DNA from: a virus | Length of the DNA: 25,341 nt | UHGV virus genome: UHGV-1632499 | Strand: one strand, 5' to 3' | Shown: one piece after another, positions 17,195 to 25,341 of the stretch | How the letters are laid out: each line of letters opens with the position of its first letter | Numbering within the stretch: position 1 is the first letter of the stretch | Program-made: the position numbers and the translations under genes | Notes under the pieces: model-generated | Databases searched by the model: none | What the model was told of the DNA's origin: nothing | Seen by the model: only the letters and a program-made list of their open reading frames with translations

Positions 17195-18571
17195 ATGGCA
17201 TTACCAGTAAATATTACTACTGATAATAAATATGGGACTTATATGACGTGGAAAGACAGGCTTCAGGATGCGTCATTTCGCAGCGTGCCGTTTAAGGTTG
17301 AAGAAGAAAGTGCGGGAACCGGTCGCCGTGTGGAAACACATGAATACCCGAACCGCGACAAGCCCTATACCGAAGATCTGGGAAAAGTCACTTTCCGCCC
17401 GTCCATCACAGCTTATGTGGTGGGAGATGACTGCTTTGACCAGCGCGATCGCCTGATTGAAGCGCTGAATAAACCCGGTCCCGGCACGCTTGTCCACCCG
17501 ACATATGGTGAGCTGAAAGTCTGTGTTGACGGGGAAGTTCGGGTCAGCACATCGAAAAGTGAAGGGCGTATTGTCCGCTTTGACCTGAAGTTTGTCGAAG
17601 CAGGAGAACTCTCTTACCCCACATCAGGTGCGGCGACGGCGCAGACGCTGATGTCATCCTGTTCTGCACTGGATGACTGCATCAGTGACAGCTTCAGCGG
17701 TTTCAGTATCGATGGTGTGGCGGATTTCGTGCAGAACGACGTTATCGGTAATGCCAGCATAATGCTGGGGTATGTTTCTGATGCGATGAAAGTGGTGGAT
17801 TCTGCCGTATCGGATGCCGCCAGGCTGTTGCAGGGGGATATCTCGGTACTTCTGCCGCCGCCATCGTCAGGCAAAAATTTCGTTGAGCAGGTGCAGAAAA
17901 TGTGGCGTACCGGGAAACGCCTTTATGGTAACGCCAGCGACCTGGTCACCATGATCAAAACGCTTTCCGGTGTCAGCCTCGGCAGCGATCTGCAACCGCG
18001 CGGCGTCTGGAAAACGGACAGTAAAGCCACCGCCACGGCGACGCAGCAGCGTAACGTGGTTGCCAGCACCCTTCGTACGACCGCAATCAGCGAAGCGGCG
18101 TATGCCGTCACCCGATTGCCTGCGCCAACAACTTCCGCGGTGATGCAGAATTCCGCAGTGGGGCAGGCAACAACACCCGCGCAGAGCACTGGCTGGCCTT
18201 CCGTCACGCATCCGGCACTGAACAATGCACCGGCGGTGAAAAACACGGTTGACCTGCCGACGTGGGAAGAACTGACTGACATTCGCGACACACTGAATAC
18301 GGCAATTGATAAGGAGTTGTCCCGTACAACCAGCGATGCGCTGTTTCTGGCGCTGCGCCGGGTGAAAGCAGATCTGAATGCGGATATCAACACGCGCCTT
18401 GAACAGTCTGCACGGATCATTCAGCGCACACCGGATGAGGTTTTACCCGCGCTGGTGCTGGCGGCGACCTGGTTTGATAACGCGGCGCGTGACGCGGACA
18501 TTATCCGGCGTAATGCCATTACGCATCCCGGCTTTGTGCCGGAGATCCCTCTGAAGGTGCCAGTGCAATGA
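17195..18571 (+). CDS. Mu N-like DNA circulation protein (tail component)
   Basis: N-terminal region (WKDRLQDASFRSVPFKVEEESAGTGRRVETHEYPNRDKPYTEDLGK) resembles the Mu N DNA-circulation domain. Position after the tape measure. Start is uncertain; an alternative ATG lies at 17243. Confidence 0.75.
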   Translation: MALPVNITTDNKYGTYMTWKDRLQDASFRSVPFKVEEESAGTGRRVETHEYPNRDKPYTEDLGKVTFRPSITAYVVGDDCFDQRDRLIEALNKPGPGTLVHPTYGELKVCVDGEVRVSTSKSEGRIVRFDLKFVEAGELSYPTSGAATAQTLMSSCSALDDCISDSFSGFSIDGVADFVQNDVIGNASIMLGYVSDAMKVVDSAVSDAARLLQGDISVLLPPPSSGKNFVEQVQKMWRTGKRLYGNASDLVTMIKTLSGVSLGSDLQPRGVWKTDSKATATATQQRNVVASTLRTTAISEAAYAVTRLPAPTTSAVMQNSAVGQATTPAQSTGWPSVTHPALNNAPAVKNTVDLPTWEELTDIRDTLNTAIDKELSRTTSDALFLALRRVKADLNADINTRLEQSARIIQRTPDEVLPALVLAATWFDNAARDADIIRRNAITHPGFVPEIPLKVPVQ

Positions 18572-19647
18572 ACGACAATGTCACGCTACGGGTAAATGGC
18601 CGGGAGTGGAATGGCTGGACATCGGTGCGCATCGGTGCCGGTATTGAACGGCTGGCGCGGGATTTCAGTGTGGAGATCACCCGCCAGTGGCCGGGAGATG
18701 AGGGTATTACCACGCTTCAGCCGCGCATTAAAAACGGTTCAAAAGTGGAGGTGCTGATTGGTGATGAGCTGGTGATCACCGGCTGGGTGGAGGCGACGCC
18801 CGTTCGTTACGATGCCCGTTCGGTCAGCACCGGTATTGCCGGACGCAGTCTGACCGCTGACCTGATTGACTGTGCAGCCGAACCGACACAGTTTAACGGA
18901 CGATCGCTGGTACAGATTGCGCAGGCGCTTGCTGCGCCTTTCGGCATTGAGGTGGTGCACAACGGTGCGTCGTCGGGTGTTATTCCTGATGTCCAGCCTG
19001 ATCACGGTGAAACGGTGATTGAGGTAATCAACAAAATACTCGGTCAGCAGCAGGCACTGGCTTACGACGATCCGCACGGCAGGCTGGTGATTGGCGGTAT
19101 TGGCTCAACGCGGGCACATACTGCGCTGGTACTCGGGGAAAACATCCTTTCCTGCGATACGGAGAAGAGTATCCGGGAGCGGTTTTCTGTTTACCAGGTG
19201 GCGGGGCAGCGTGCCGGAAACGACGATGATTTCGGTGAGGCCACCACCACCGCGCTGCGGGCCCGCACAGAGGACGCATTTATTGCCCGTTACCGTCCTA
19301 TGTATATCAGGCAGACAGGGCAGGCTACGGGGGCAGGCTGTATTGCCCGTGCTGACTTTGAAGCCCGGCAACGGGCGGCGCGGACGGATGAAACCACCTA
19401 TGTGGTGCAGGGCTGGCGACAGGGTAACGGTACGCTGTGGCAGCCCAACCAGCGGGTGATTGTCTTCGATCCGGTCTGTGGTTTCGACAATACCGAACTG
19501 CTTGTCTCGGAAGTCACGTTTACTCAGGACCAGAACGGCACCCTGACGGAAATCCGTGTCGGCCCGCCTGATGCTTATCTGCCTGAACCCGAAGATCCCG
19601 GCGCGCGGAAAAAGAAAAAAGCCAGAGTACAGGAGGACCCGTTCTGA
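18568..19647 (+). CDS. Mu P-like tail protein (baseplate hub, late control D-like)
   Basis: 359 aa, ATGA overlap with the upstream gene; order N-P-baseplate as in Mu-like tails. Confidence 0.8.
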   Translation: MNDNVTLRVNGREWNGWTSVRIGAGIERLARDFSVEITRQWPGDEGITTLQPRIKNGSKVEVLIGDELVITGWVEATPVRYDARSVSTGIAGRSLTADLIDCAAEPTQFNGRSLVQIAQALAAPFGIEVVHNGASSGVIPDVQPDHGETVIEVINKILGQQQALAYDDPHGRLVIGGIGSTRAHTALVLGENILSCDTEKSIRERFSVYQVAGQRAGNDDDFGEATTTALRARTEDAFIARYRPMYIRQTGQATGAGCIARADFEARQRAARTDETTYVVQGWRQGNGTLWQPNQRVIVFDPVCGFDNTELLVSEVTFTQDQNGTLTEIRVGPPDAYLPEPEDPGARKKKKARVQEDPF

Positions 19648-20195
19648 TGAGGACGATTGAAGCCATGCAGCGACAACTTCTCGGCCTGATTGGGCGGGCA
19701 GTGGTGAAAAGCATCAGTGCCGCCACGAAATGTCAGACCGTGGATGTGTCCCTGATTGCCGGTGAACCCAAAGCCGGGGTTGAACATCTTGAACCCTACG
19801 GTTTTACCGCAAGGGCAAACAGCGGTGCGGAAGCGGTGGTGTTGTTTCCGGATGGCGACCGTTCTCATGCGGTGGTTGTTACGGTGTCGGACCGGCGCTA
19901 CCGCCTGAAAGGGCTGCAGACGGGTGAGGTGGCTGTCTATGACGATCAGGGGCAGTCCGTGACGCTGACCCGGGAGGGGATCGTGGTGGACGGTGCTGGT
20001 AAAACGATCACGTTTCGCAATTCACCTAAAGCACGTTTTGAAATGGACATGGAAGTGACAGGACAGGTGAAAGACCTGTGCGACTCCGGCGGCACCACCA
20101 TGTCAGCGATGCGGCTTGCCTATAACGGGCATCGTCACAGAGAGAACGGTCAGGGCAGTAACACCGACAAACCTGATAAAGCGATGGAGGCATGA
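19647..20195 (+). CDS. Baseplate assembly protein (gpV/gp45-like spike)
   Basis: 182 aa, translationally coupled in the baseplate block. Confidence 0.75.
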   Translation: MRTIEAMQRQLLGLIGRAVVKSISAATKCQTVDVSLIAGEPKAGVEHLEPYGFTARANSGAEAVVLFPDGDRSHAVVVTVSDRRYRLKGLQTGEVAVYDDQGQSVTLTREGIVVDGAGKTITFRNSPKARFEMDMEVTGQVKDLCDSGGTTMSAMRLAYNGHRHRENGQGSNTDKPDKAMEA

Positions 20196-20620
20196 TGGAA
20201 CTGTGGCTGACGGTGAACGGTAAACGCACCTGCGCCAGCGCACCGCTGGATCCGCTGACCCGCGCCGTGGTGATTTCCCTGTTTACCTGGCGGCGGGCGG
20301 AGCCTGATGACAACGCCGACGTCCCGATGGGATGGTGGGGGGATACCTGGCCTGCGGTACAGAATGACCGTTACGGCTCCCGACTGTGGCTGCTTCAGCG
20401 CAGCAAACTGACCAATCAGCTGGTGCAGACGGTAAAGGAGTATATCCGCGAATGCCTGCAATGGATGATTGATGACGGCGTGGTGTCCCGTATTGATCTG
20501 GATATCCGCCGCACCGGGATTAATGAACTGGGTAACAGTATCACTCTCTGGCGTCGTGACGGACCGGTAATGATTTCTTTTGATGATCTGTGGAGTGCGA
20601 TAACGCATGGCGGACAGTGA
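20192..20620 (+). CDS. Baseplate protein (gp46/gpW-like)
   Basis: 142 aa, translationally coupled between the spike gene and the J-like gene. Confidence 0.75.
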   Translation: MMELWLTVNGKRTCASAPLDPLTRAVVISLFTWRRAEPDDNADVPMGWWGDTWPAVQNDRYGSRLWLLQRSKLTNQLVQTVKEYIRECLQWMIDDGVVSRIDLDIRRTGINELGNSITLWRRDGPVMISFDDLWSAITHGGQ

Positions 20621-21665
20621 ATTTCAGCGCCCGACGCTGGCAGAAAATATCAGTATGCTCCGTAACGATTTATTCGCCAGGCTGGACGTCAGCGACACGC
20701 TCCGGCGCATGGATGAAGACGTGCGGGCAAAGGTGTATGCGGCGGCGCTGCATACGGTTTACGGTTACATCGATTATCTGGCAATGAACATGCTGCCTGA
20801 CCTGTGCGATGAGTCCTGGCTGGCGCGACATGCTGCGATGAAACGGTGTCCGCGCAAGGGGGCCACGGCTGCCAGCGGGTATATGCGCTGGGAAGGTGTC
20901 AGCGATGGCCTGAAGGTGACCGCCGGGAGTGTTATTCAGCGCGATGACCTGGTTCAGTACACGGCAACTGCCGATGCAACCAGCTCCGGTGGTGTCCTGC
21001 GCGTGCCGATCGCCTGCTCAAGTGCAGGCGCGGTCGGTAACGCTGACGACGGTACGGCATTAATCCTGGTCACGCCGGTGAATGGTCTGCCGTCTTCCGG
21101 TGTGGCTGACACCCTGACAGGCGGATTTGATACTGAAGAGCTGGAAACGTGGCGCGCCCGCGTCATTGAGCGGTATTACTGGACGCCTCAGGGCGGGGCT
21201 GACGGGGACTATGTCGTCTGGGCTAAAGAAGTGCCCGGCATTACCCGCGCATGGACATACCGTCACTGGATGGGAACGGGAACTGTCGGTGTGATGATTG
21301 CCGGCAGTGACCTGATTAATCCCATTCCGGAAGAATCAATGGAAACGGCGGCAAGACAACATATCGGGCCACTGGCCCCGGTGGCAGGCTCTGATTTGTA
21401 TGTGTTCAGGCCGGTGGCACATACGGTGGATTTTCATATCCGCGTGACGCCGGACACACCGGAAATACGGGCTGCCATCACCGCGGAGTTGCGTTCGTTC
21501 CTGCTGCGTGATGGTTATCCGCAGGGAGAACTGAAGGTATCGCGTATCAGTGAGGCGATTTCCGGTGCGAACGGGGAATACAGCCATCAGTTGCTTGCAC
21601 CGGCAGACAATATCTCCATTGCAAAAAATGAACTGGCGGTACTGGGGACGATTTCATGGACGTGA
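20607..21665 (+). CDS. Baseplate J-like protein (gp47-like wedge)
   Basis: 352 aa, typical size and position for a baseplate J-family protein. Confidence 0.85.
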   Translation: MADSEFQRPTLAENISMLRNDLFARLDVSDTLRRMDEDVRAKVYAAALHTVYGYIDYLAMNMLPDLCDESWLARHAAMKRCPRKGATAASGYMRWEGVSDGLKVTAGSVIQRDDLVQYTATADATSSGGVLRVPIACSSAGAVGNADDGTALILVTPVNGLPSSGVADTLTGGFDTEELETWRARVIERYYWTPQGGADGDYVVWAKEVPGITRAWTYRHWMGTGTVGVMIAGSDLINPIPEESMETAARQHIGPLAPVAGSDLYVFRPVAHTVDFHIRVTPDTPEIRAAITAELRSFLLRDGYPQGELKVSRISEAISGANGEYSHQLLAPADNISIAKNELAVLGTISWT

Positions 21666-22240
21666 CAAACGATGATTACATCCGTCTGTTGTCGGCACTG
21701 TTGCCCCCCGGTCCGGCGTGGTCAGCCAGCGATCCGGCGATTGCCGGTGCGGCACCGTCATTAACCCGCGTTCATCAGCGTGCGGATGCCCTGATGCGGG
21801 AGCTGGATCCGCGCACCACCACTGAACTGATAAACCGCTGGGAGCGTCTGTGCGGTCTGCCGGATGAATGTATTCCGGCGGGAACGCAGACCCTTCGCCA
21901 GCGTCAGCAACGGCTGGATGCGAAGGTTAACCTGGCGGGCGGCATCAACGAGGATTTTTATCTTGCACAGCTTGCTGCCCTGGGCAGGCCAGATGCCACC
22001 ATCACGCGATACGACAAAAGCACCTTCACCTGCTCATCGGCCTGTACTGACGCGGTGAATGCGCCGGAATGGCGGTATTACTGGCAGGTCAACATGCCAG
22101 CCGCCACCAACACCATCTGGATGACATGTGGCGATCCCTGTGATTCCGCACTGCGTATCTGGGGGGACACCGTTGTCGAGTGCGTGCTTAACAAACTCTG
22201 CCCGTCGCATACCTACGTAATTTTTAAATATCCGGAGTAA
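21656..22240 (+). CDS. Tail protein (gp48/DUF2313-like) preceding the tail fibre
   Basis: 194 aa, Cys-rich C-terminal half, immediately upstream of the tail fibre gene. Confidence 0.75.
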   Translation: MDVTNDDYIRLLSALLPPGPAWSASDPAIAGAAPSLTRVHQRADALMRELDPRTTTELINRWERLCGLPDECIPAGTQTLRQRQQRLDAKVNLAGGINEDFYLAQLAALGRPDATITRYDKSTFTCSSACTDAVNAPEWRYYWQVNMPAATNTIWMTCGDPCDSALRIWGDTVVECVLNKLCPSHTYVIFKYPE

Positions 22241-22243
22241 TCC

Positions 22244-23029
22244 ATGCATCGTATAGACACGAAAACCGCGCAGAAGGATAAGTTCGGCGCGGGTAAGAAC
22301 GGTTTTACCCGTGGTAACCCCCAGACCGGCACACCTGCCACCGATCTGGATGATGACTACTTTGACATGTTGCAGGAAGAACTCTGCAGCGTGGTGGAGG
22401 CATCCGGTGCCAGCCTGGAGAAGGGGCGGCATGACCAGCTGCTTACCGCGCTTCGTGCGCTGCTGTTAAGCCGCAAGAATCCGTTTGGCGATATCAAATC
22501 GGATGGCACTGTGCAAACGGCTCTCGAAAACCTTGGTTTGGGAGAAGGCTCAGCGTTACCCGTTGGTGTGCCTGTTCCGTGGCCTTCAGCCACACCACCA
22601 ACAGGCTGGCTGAAATGCAACGGTGCACCTTTTTCTGCCGAAGAGTACCCAAAACTGGCAAAGGCTTACCCAAAGTTAAAATTACCGGATTTGCGCGGTG
22701 AGTTTATTCGCGGGTGGGATGATGGGCGAGGTGTTGATTCCGCGAGACTGCTACTTTCAAGTCAGGCGGCATCTATCCTTGAACATAACCATGAAATGCA
22801 TGGATGGACAGGGAACCCACTCATGGCTAGAGATGTTTATTCATCCGGTTCATCCGTATTTGCGGTGCAGTTGAGCATTGGCGATGGCGGGTTATTGTAT
22901 TCGTGGAAGGATGGGAGTGGAACAACAAATGACAGTAAACGAATGGATAGAACAAATCATGTCAGTTCCGGCGCCGGTGATGGTAGCCCGCGAAACATTG
23001 CATTTAACTACATTGTGAGGGCTGCATAA
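22244..23029 (+). CDS. Tail fibre protein: constant N-terminal part fused to the currently expressed variable C-terminal segment
   Basis: 261 aa, GGAG RBS. The C-terminal part carries GWLKCNGA...[19 protein letters not shown] and HNHEMHG motifs typical of phage fibre tips. A gix-like crossover site lies inside the gene at 22521-22546. Confidence 0.85.
   Translation: MHRIDTKTAQKDKFGAGKNGFTRGNPQTGTPATDLDDDYFDMLQEELCSVVEASGASLEKGRHDQLLTALRALLLSRKNPFGDIKSDGTVQTALENLGLGEGSALPVGVPVPWPSATPPTGWLKCNGAPFSAEEYPKLAKAYPKLKLPDLRGEFIRGWDDGRGVDSARLLLSSQAASILEHNHEMHGWTGNPLMARDVYSSGSSVFAVQLSIGDGGLLYSWKDGSGTTNDSKRMDRTNHVSSGAGDGSPRNIAFNYIVRAA
22521..22546. other. Left recombination site for the serine invertase (hix/gix-like), inside the tail fibre gene
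   Basis: CTCTCGAAAACC TT GGTTTGGGAGAA: 12-2-12 layout with the AAAACC/GGTTT core typical of Hin/Gin/Cin/Pin sites. The 15 bp on its inner side (TTGGTTTGGGAGAAG) are repeated in inverted orientation at 24404-24418. Confidence 0.6.
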
Positions 23030-23632
23030 ATGGAACAGGCTATTTTGGGAAAAGACGGTTACGCTTTAAATGATGGGGAAATCATCGTACATAACTATGA
23101 TGGCGAAACGCGGGAATATATTTCCACATCAACTGAATATCTTGCGGTTGGCGTCGGTATCCCGGCATGTTCTTGTTTAGATGCACCAGTTACACATAAA
23201 GCTGGTTATGCAATCTGCCGTTCTGCAGATTTTAACTCATGGGAATATGTGCCAGACCATCGCGGTGAAATCATCTATAGCACCGAAACAGGAGAATCGA
23301 AAGAAATCACAGCTCCGGGTGATTACCCTGATAATACAACCACTATCGCCCCGTTAACGCCATATGATAAATGGGATGGTGAGAAATGGGTGACGGATAC
23401 TGAGGCACAGCATAGTGCCGCAGTAGACGCGGCAGAAGTAAAGCGCCAGTCACTGATTGATGCAGCAATGGCTTCCATTAGTCTGATTCAGCTGAAATTA
23501 CAGGCCGGGCGGAAACTGACGCAGGCAGAAACAACCCGGCTTAACGCTGTGCTGGATTACATTGACGCGGTGGCGGCAACAGATACCAGCACCGCGCCGG
23601 ATGTCATCTGGCCTGAACTGCCGGAGGCGTAG
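23030..23632 (+). CDS. tfa: Tail fibre assembly protein (chaperone for the current fibre variant)
   Basis: 200 aa, start adjacent to the fibre stop, conserved Tfa-type C-terminus (...TSTAPDVIWPELPEA). Confidence 0.85.
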   Translation: MEQAILGKDGYALNDGEIIVHNYDGETREYISTSTEYLAVGVGIPACSCLDAPVTHKAGYAICRSADFNSWEYVPDHRGEIIYSTETGESKEITAPGDYPDNTTTIAPLTPYDKWDGEKWVTDTEAQHSAAVDAAEVKRQSLIDAAMASISLIQLKLQAGRKLTQAETTRLNAVLDYIDAVAATDTSTAPDVIWPELPEA

Positions 23633-24044
23633 GCCATTCAATATCTGGCGCACCGGAAGTATCGACCAGTTCCAGTGCGTCCAGATAATCCAGCCACAAA
23701 TTATATTGCGCCAGTTCCTCACCTTTCAGCCGGCCAATAGCCGCTTTACCAGGCCATTGTTTACTGTTCATATAATCGTTGGCCTGATTAATCAGTTGCT
23801 GCTTTTCCAGTTCGGCTGCAGCAATCTGTTCCTCATGTGTTGGTGGTGGAATTTCAGACCATGCAGGAAAACCATTTTCTCCAGCGATACGGATTTTTCC
23901 TTTCGGCGGTAATCCGGAAAACTCAATATACACTTGCTCATCAACTTCAACAGCATCATCTGGCCATGAGTCAGCTTGAGTGTAATCCTCTTTCATCTCC
24001 AGCGGATAGAAAGAGTTTGTAGTCGCGGAATATATGTAATTCAT
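23604..24044 (-). CDS. tfa: Alternative tail fibre assembly protein (chaperone for the inverted-orientation fibre)
   Basis: 146 aa on the minus strand with the same C-terminal motif (...TSGAPDIEWPTPPAVQAR). GGAGTG RBS. Its 3' end overlaps the + strand tfa by 29 nt. Confidence 0.85.
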   Translation of the reverse strand: MNYIYSATTNSFYPLEMKEDYTQADSWPDDAVEVDEQVYIEFSGLPPKGKIRIAGENGFPAWSEIPPPTHEEQIAAAELEKQQLINQANDYMNSKQWPGKAAIGRLKGEELAQYNLWLDYLDALELVDTSGAPDIEWPTPPAVQAR

Positions 24045-24065
24045 TTTTCACTCCATATAGCTAAA

Positions 24066-24416
24066 TTAACAGCCTAACGCTAAAAATGAAGCGCCGAGGC
24101 CAGGAGTACTGGCTCTGGATATAAATTTAACCGGGTCGGGACTAAAACCTGCACAGGCAATATAACCAACAGCCCCGCTATCTGGTGTGTAGTCTTGTGA
24201 GACCAAAACACGCAGACATCTGTTTGGAAATGCAATCGGGAAATGGGTTACTACATCCTGTGCAATGCCTGGTGCGCCGATTGAGCCCCACTGAAGAATA
24301 AAACCTGATGGTAATTTTTGATATCCAGTACCTGAAACAGAAAGCGTGAAGCTACCCATATCAGGTATCTGATTCGCCCCTGTCCCTACATTCCTTTTAG
24401 CCGCTTCTCCCAAACC
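24066..24416 (-). CDS. Alternative tail fibre variable C-terminal segment; promoterless, expressed only after inversion
   Basis: The minus-strand frame is open from the crossover core to the stop at 24066. After inversion it would continue in frame from the constant fibre part (...NLGLGE shared, then [19 protein letters not shown]...). ORF track lists 24066..24413. Confidence 0.7.
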   Translation of the reverse strand, partial: GLGEAAKRNVGTGANQIPDMGSFTLSVSGTGYQKLPSGFILQWGSIGAPGIAQDVVTHFPIAFPNRCLRVLVSQDYTPDSGAVGYIACAGFSPDPVKFISRASTPGLGASFLALGC

Positions 24417-24430
24417 AACCTTTCAAATAT
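24405..24430. other. Right recombination site for the serine invertase (hix/gix-like)
   Basis: Minus-strand reading ATATTTGAAAGG TT GGTTTGGGAGAA; the inner half-site and core match the left site, the outer half-site differs. Confidence 0.55.
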
Positions 24431-24457
24431 TTTTCTGAATCAGGTGATATTTCGCCT

Positions 24458-24484
24458 CTTCTCCTGTTTTTACAACAGGAGAAG
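24458..24484. promoter_or_regulatory. Perfect 27-bp palindrome overlapping the invertase RBS; candidate operator or RBS-occluding hairpin
   Basis: CTTCTCCTGTT TTTAC AACAGGAGAAG: 11-bp perfect arms. The 3' arm contains the AGGAG Shine-Dalgarno, 5 nt before the invertase ATG at 24490. Confidence 0.4.
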
Positions 24485-24489
24485 CACTC

Positions 24490-25053
24490 ATGATTTACGG
24501 GTATGTTCGTGTATCAACAAATCATCAGGATACAGAGTTGCAACGTCTTGCACTTGAGTCAGCTGGCTGTGAGCGAATTTATGAAGAATATGCCAGTGGC
24601 AGAACAGCTAATCGCCCTGTGTTAAAGGAATTAATTTCGGTGATGAAAAGTGGAGATGAGTTGATTGTCTGGAAGCTAGATCGGATAGGGAGAAATGTGC
24701 TACATGCGCTATTGATGTTTCAAAATCTGCACGAAAAAGGCGTTAATTTTCGGAGTATTACAGATGGCGTAGACCTGAAAACAGCAAGTGGTCGCTATAA
24801 TTTCCGTAATATTCTTTCTGCTGCGCAGTATGAATCTGATTTGAATAGCGAGCGAACTTTAGCTGGTTTGGCTATTGCCAGATCCAAAGGCCGGATTGGT
24901 GGGCGTAGACCGAAGTTTAGCGACGAGCAGTGGCAACAGATGGGAGCGCTCATAGCGGCAGGGAAATCACGGCGTTATGTTGCACGTATCTATAACGTTG
25001 GGCTATCAACCCTATATAAACGATTTCCTGTTACTGGCATTCAAACGAAATAA
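24490..25053 (+). CDS. pin: Site-specific serine recombinase, DNA invertase (Pin/Gin/Hin/Cin family)
   Basis: 187 aa with YVRVST (catalytic Ser), VWKLDRIGR, NFRSITD, GRIGGRRPK and a C-terminal helix-turn-helix ending STLYKRF; collinear with Gin/Hin as I recall them. Adjacent to the invertible fibre segment. Confidence 0.95.
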   Translation: MIYGYVRVSTNHQDTELQRLALESAGCERIYEEYASGRTANRPVLKELISVMKSGDELIVWKLDRIGRNVLHALLMFQNLHEKGVNFRSITDGVDLKTASGRYNFRNILSAAQYESDLNSERTLAGLAIARSKGRIGGRRPKFSDEQWQQMGALIAAGKSRRYVARIYNVGLSTLYKRFPVTGIQTK

Positions 25054-25093
25054 TTTAAAAGCAATTTAAAGAGTTATTTGTCTAATGTTGGAA

Positions 25094-25129
25094 GCCGCAG
25101 CCACGTCGTATGCAAGAACGTGCTGCGGC
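25094..25129. terminator. Imperfect hairpin between convergent pin and the dinI-like gene; candidate bidirectional terminator
   Basis: GCCGCAGCCACG ... CGTGCTGCGGC, an imperfect inverted repeat in the intergenic space between convergent genes. No clear U-tract. Confidence 0.3.
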
Positions 25130-25196
25130 TGGCTGGCGAACTTTCGATAGTGCGAGTATTGAATGATTTCCAGCCGTTACCGATTTTACGTGTTAA

Positions 25197-25341
25197 TTAG
25201 TGAACAAACCACTCGTCAGCAGATTCCCAGGTATCTTTCAGAGTCTCCTGAACAAAAGTTTTTGCAGAATCCTTATCTGCGGTGCGTGTAACAGAAAGGC
25301 CATCGTTGCTGGTGGCTTTTACGATCACCTCTACATCGTCA
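25197..25341 (-). CDS. dinI: DinI-family protein (DNA-damage-inducible protein I-like), 3' part only; truncated by the window edge
   Basis: The minus-strand frame ends ...[31 protein letters not shown], matching the DinI C-terminal motif (...ILQETWESADDWFV...) as I recall it. The start lies beyond the window. Confidence 0.7.
   Translation of the reverse strand, partial: DDVEVIVKATSNDGLSVTRTADKDSAKTFVQETLKDTWESADEWFVH

Larger units (their letters stand above)
22533..24418. other. Invertible DNA segment (about 1.9 kb) carrying two alternative fibre C-termini and two alternative assembly chaperones
   Basis: Bounded by the inverted gix-like sites. Contains variable segment plus tfa on the + strand and tfa' plus variable segment' on the - strand, with the invertase gene directly adjacent: the Mu G / P1 C / e14 P arrangement. 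Confidence 0.6.

Noticed and set aside
17867-19868. Multiple minus-strand ORFs (for example 17923..18420, 18739..19077, 19575..19868) across the N-like and P-like tail genes
   Set aside because: Antisense shadow ORFs within a tightly coupled + strand operon.
24458-24484. The 27-bp perfect palindrome considered as the invertase crossover site
   Set aside because: No matching partner inside the fibre gene, and it lacks the AAAACC-NN-GGTTT core. The true gix-like pair is at 22521-22546 and 24405-24430. Retained as a regulatory candidate only.
1-25341. CRISPR arrays, tRNA or rRNA genes, integrase or att sites
   Set aside because: No regularly spaced direct repeats, no tRNA-like conserved arms, and no tyrosine integrase ORF noticed by reading the sequence. 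A dedicated scan (tRNAscan-SE, CRISPR finder) was not possible here.

Overview
This window is a contiguous late-gene block of a mosaic temperate phage or prophage from an enterobacterial host. The + strand carries, in order: antiterminator Q, a late-regulatory region with a strong terminator, a lambda-type lysis cassette (holin, R endolysin, nested Rz/Rz1), an HNH endonuclease, terminase small and large subunits, an HK97-type portal, prohead protease and major capsid, head-tail joining genes, a Mu-like contractile tail (sheath, tube, frameshifted chaperone, tape measure, DNA-circulation protein, baseplate genes), and an invertible tail-fibre switch driven by a Pin/Gin/Hin-family invertase, ending in a truncated DinI-like gene. 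No rRNA, tRNA or CRISPR array was seen. Three AT-rich cargo insertions interrupt this backbone; AT-richness is judged by eye, not computed. The most interesting is an antisense two-gene operon between Q and the late regulatory region (a 313-aa soluble protein plus a 4-TM membrane protein), which I could not assign to any family and propose as a candidate undescribed abortive-infection or exclusion module. The other two are a 260-aa orphan gene with its own terminator after the spanins, and an antisense membrane-anchored OB-fold-like gene inside the tail operon. All product calls rest on recalled family resemblance and gene order, not on database searches.
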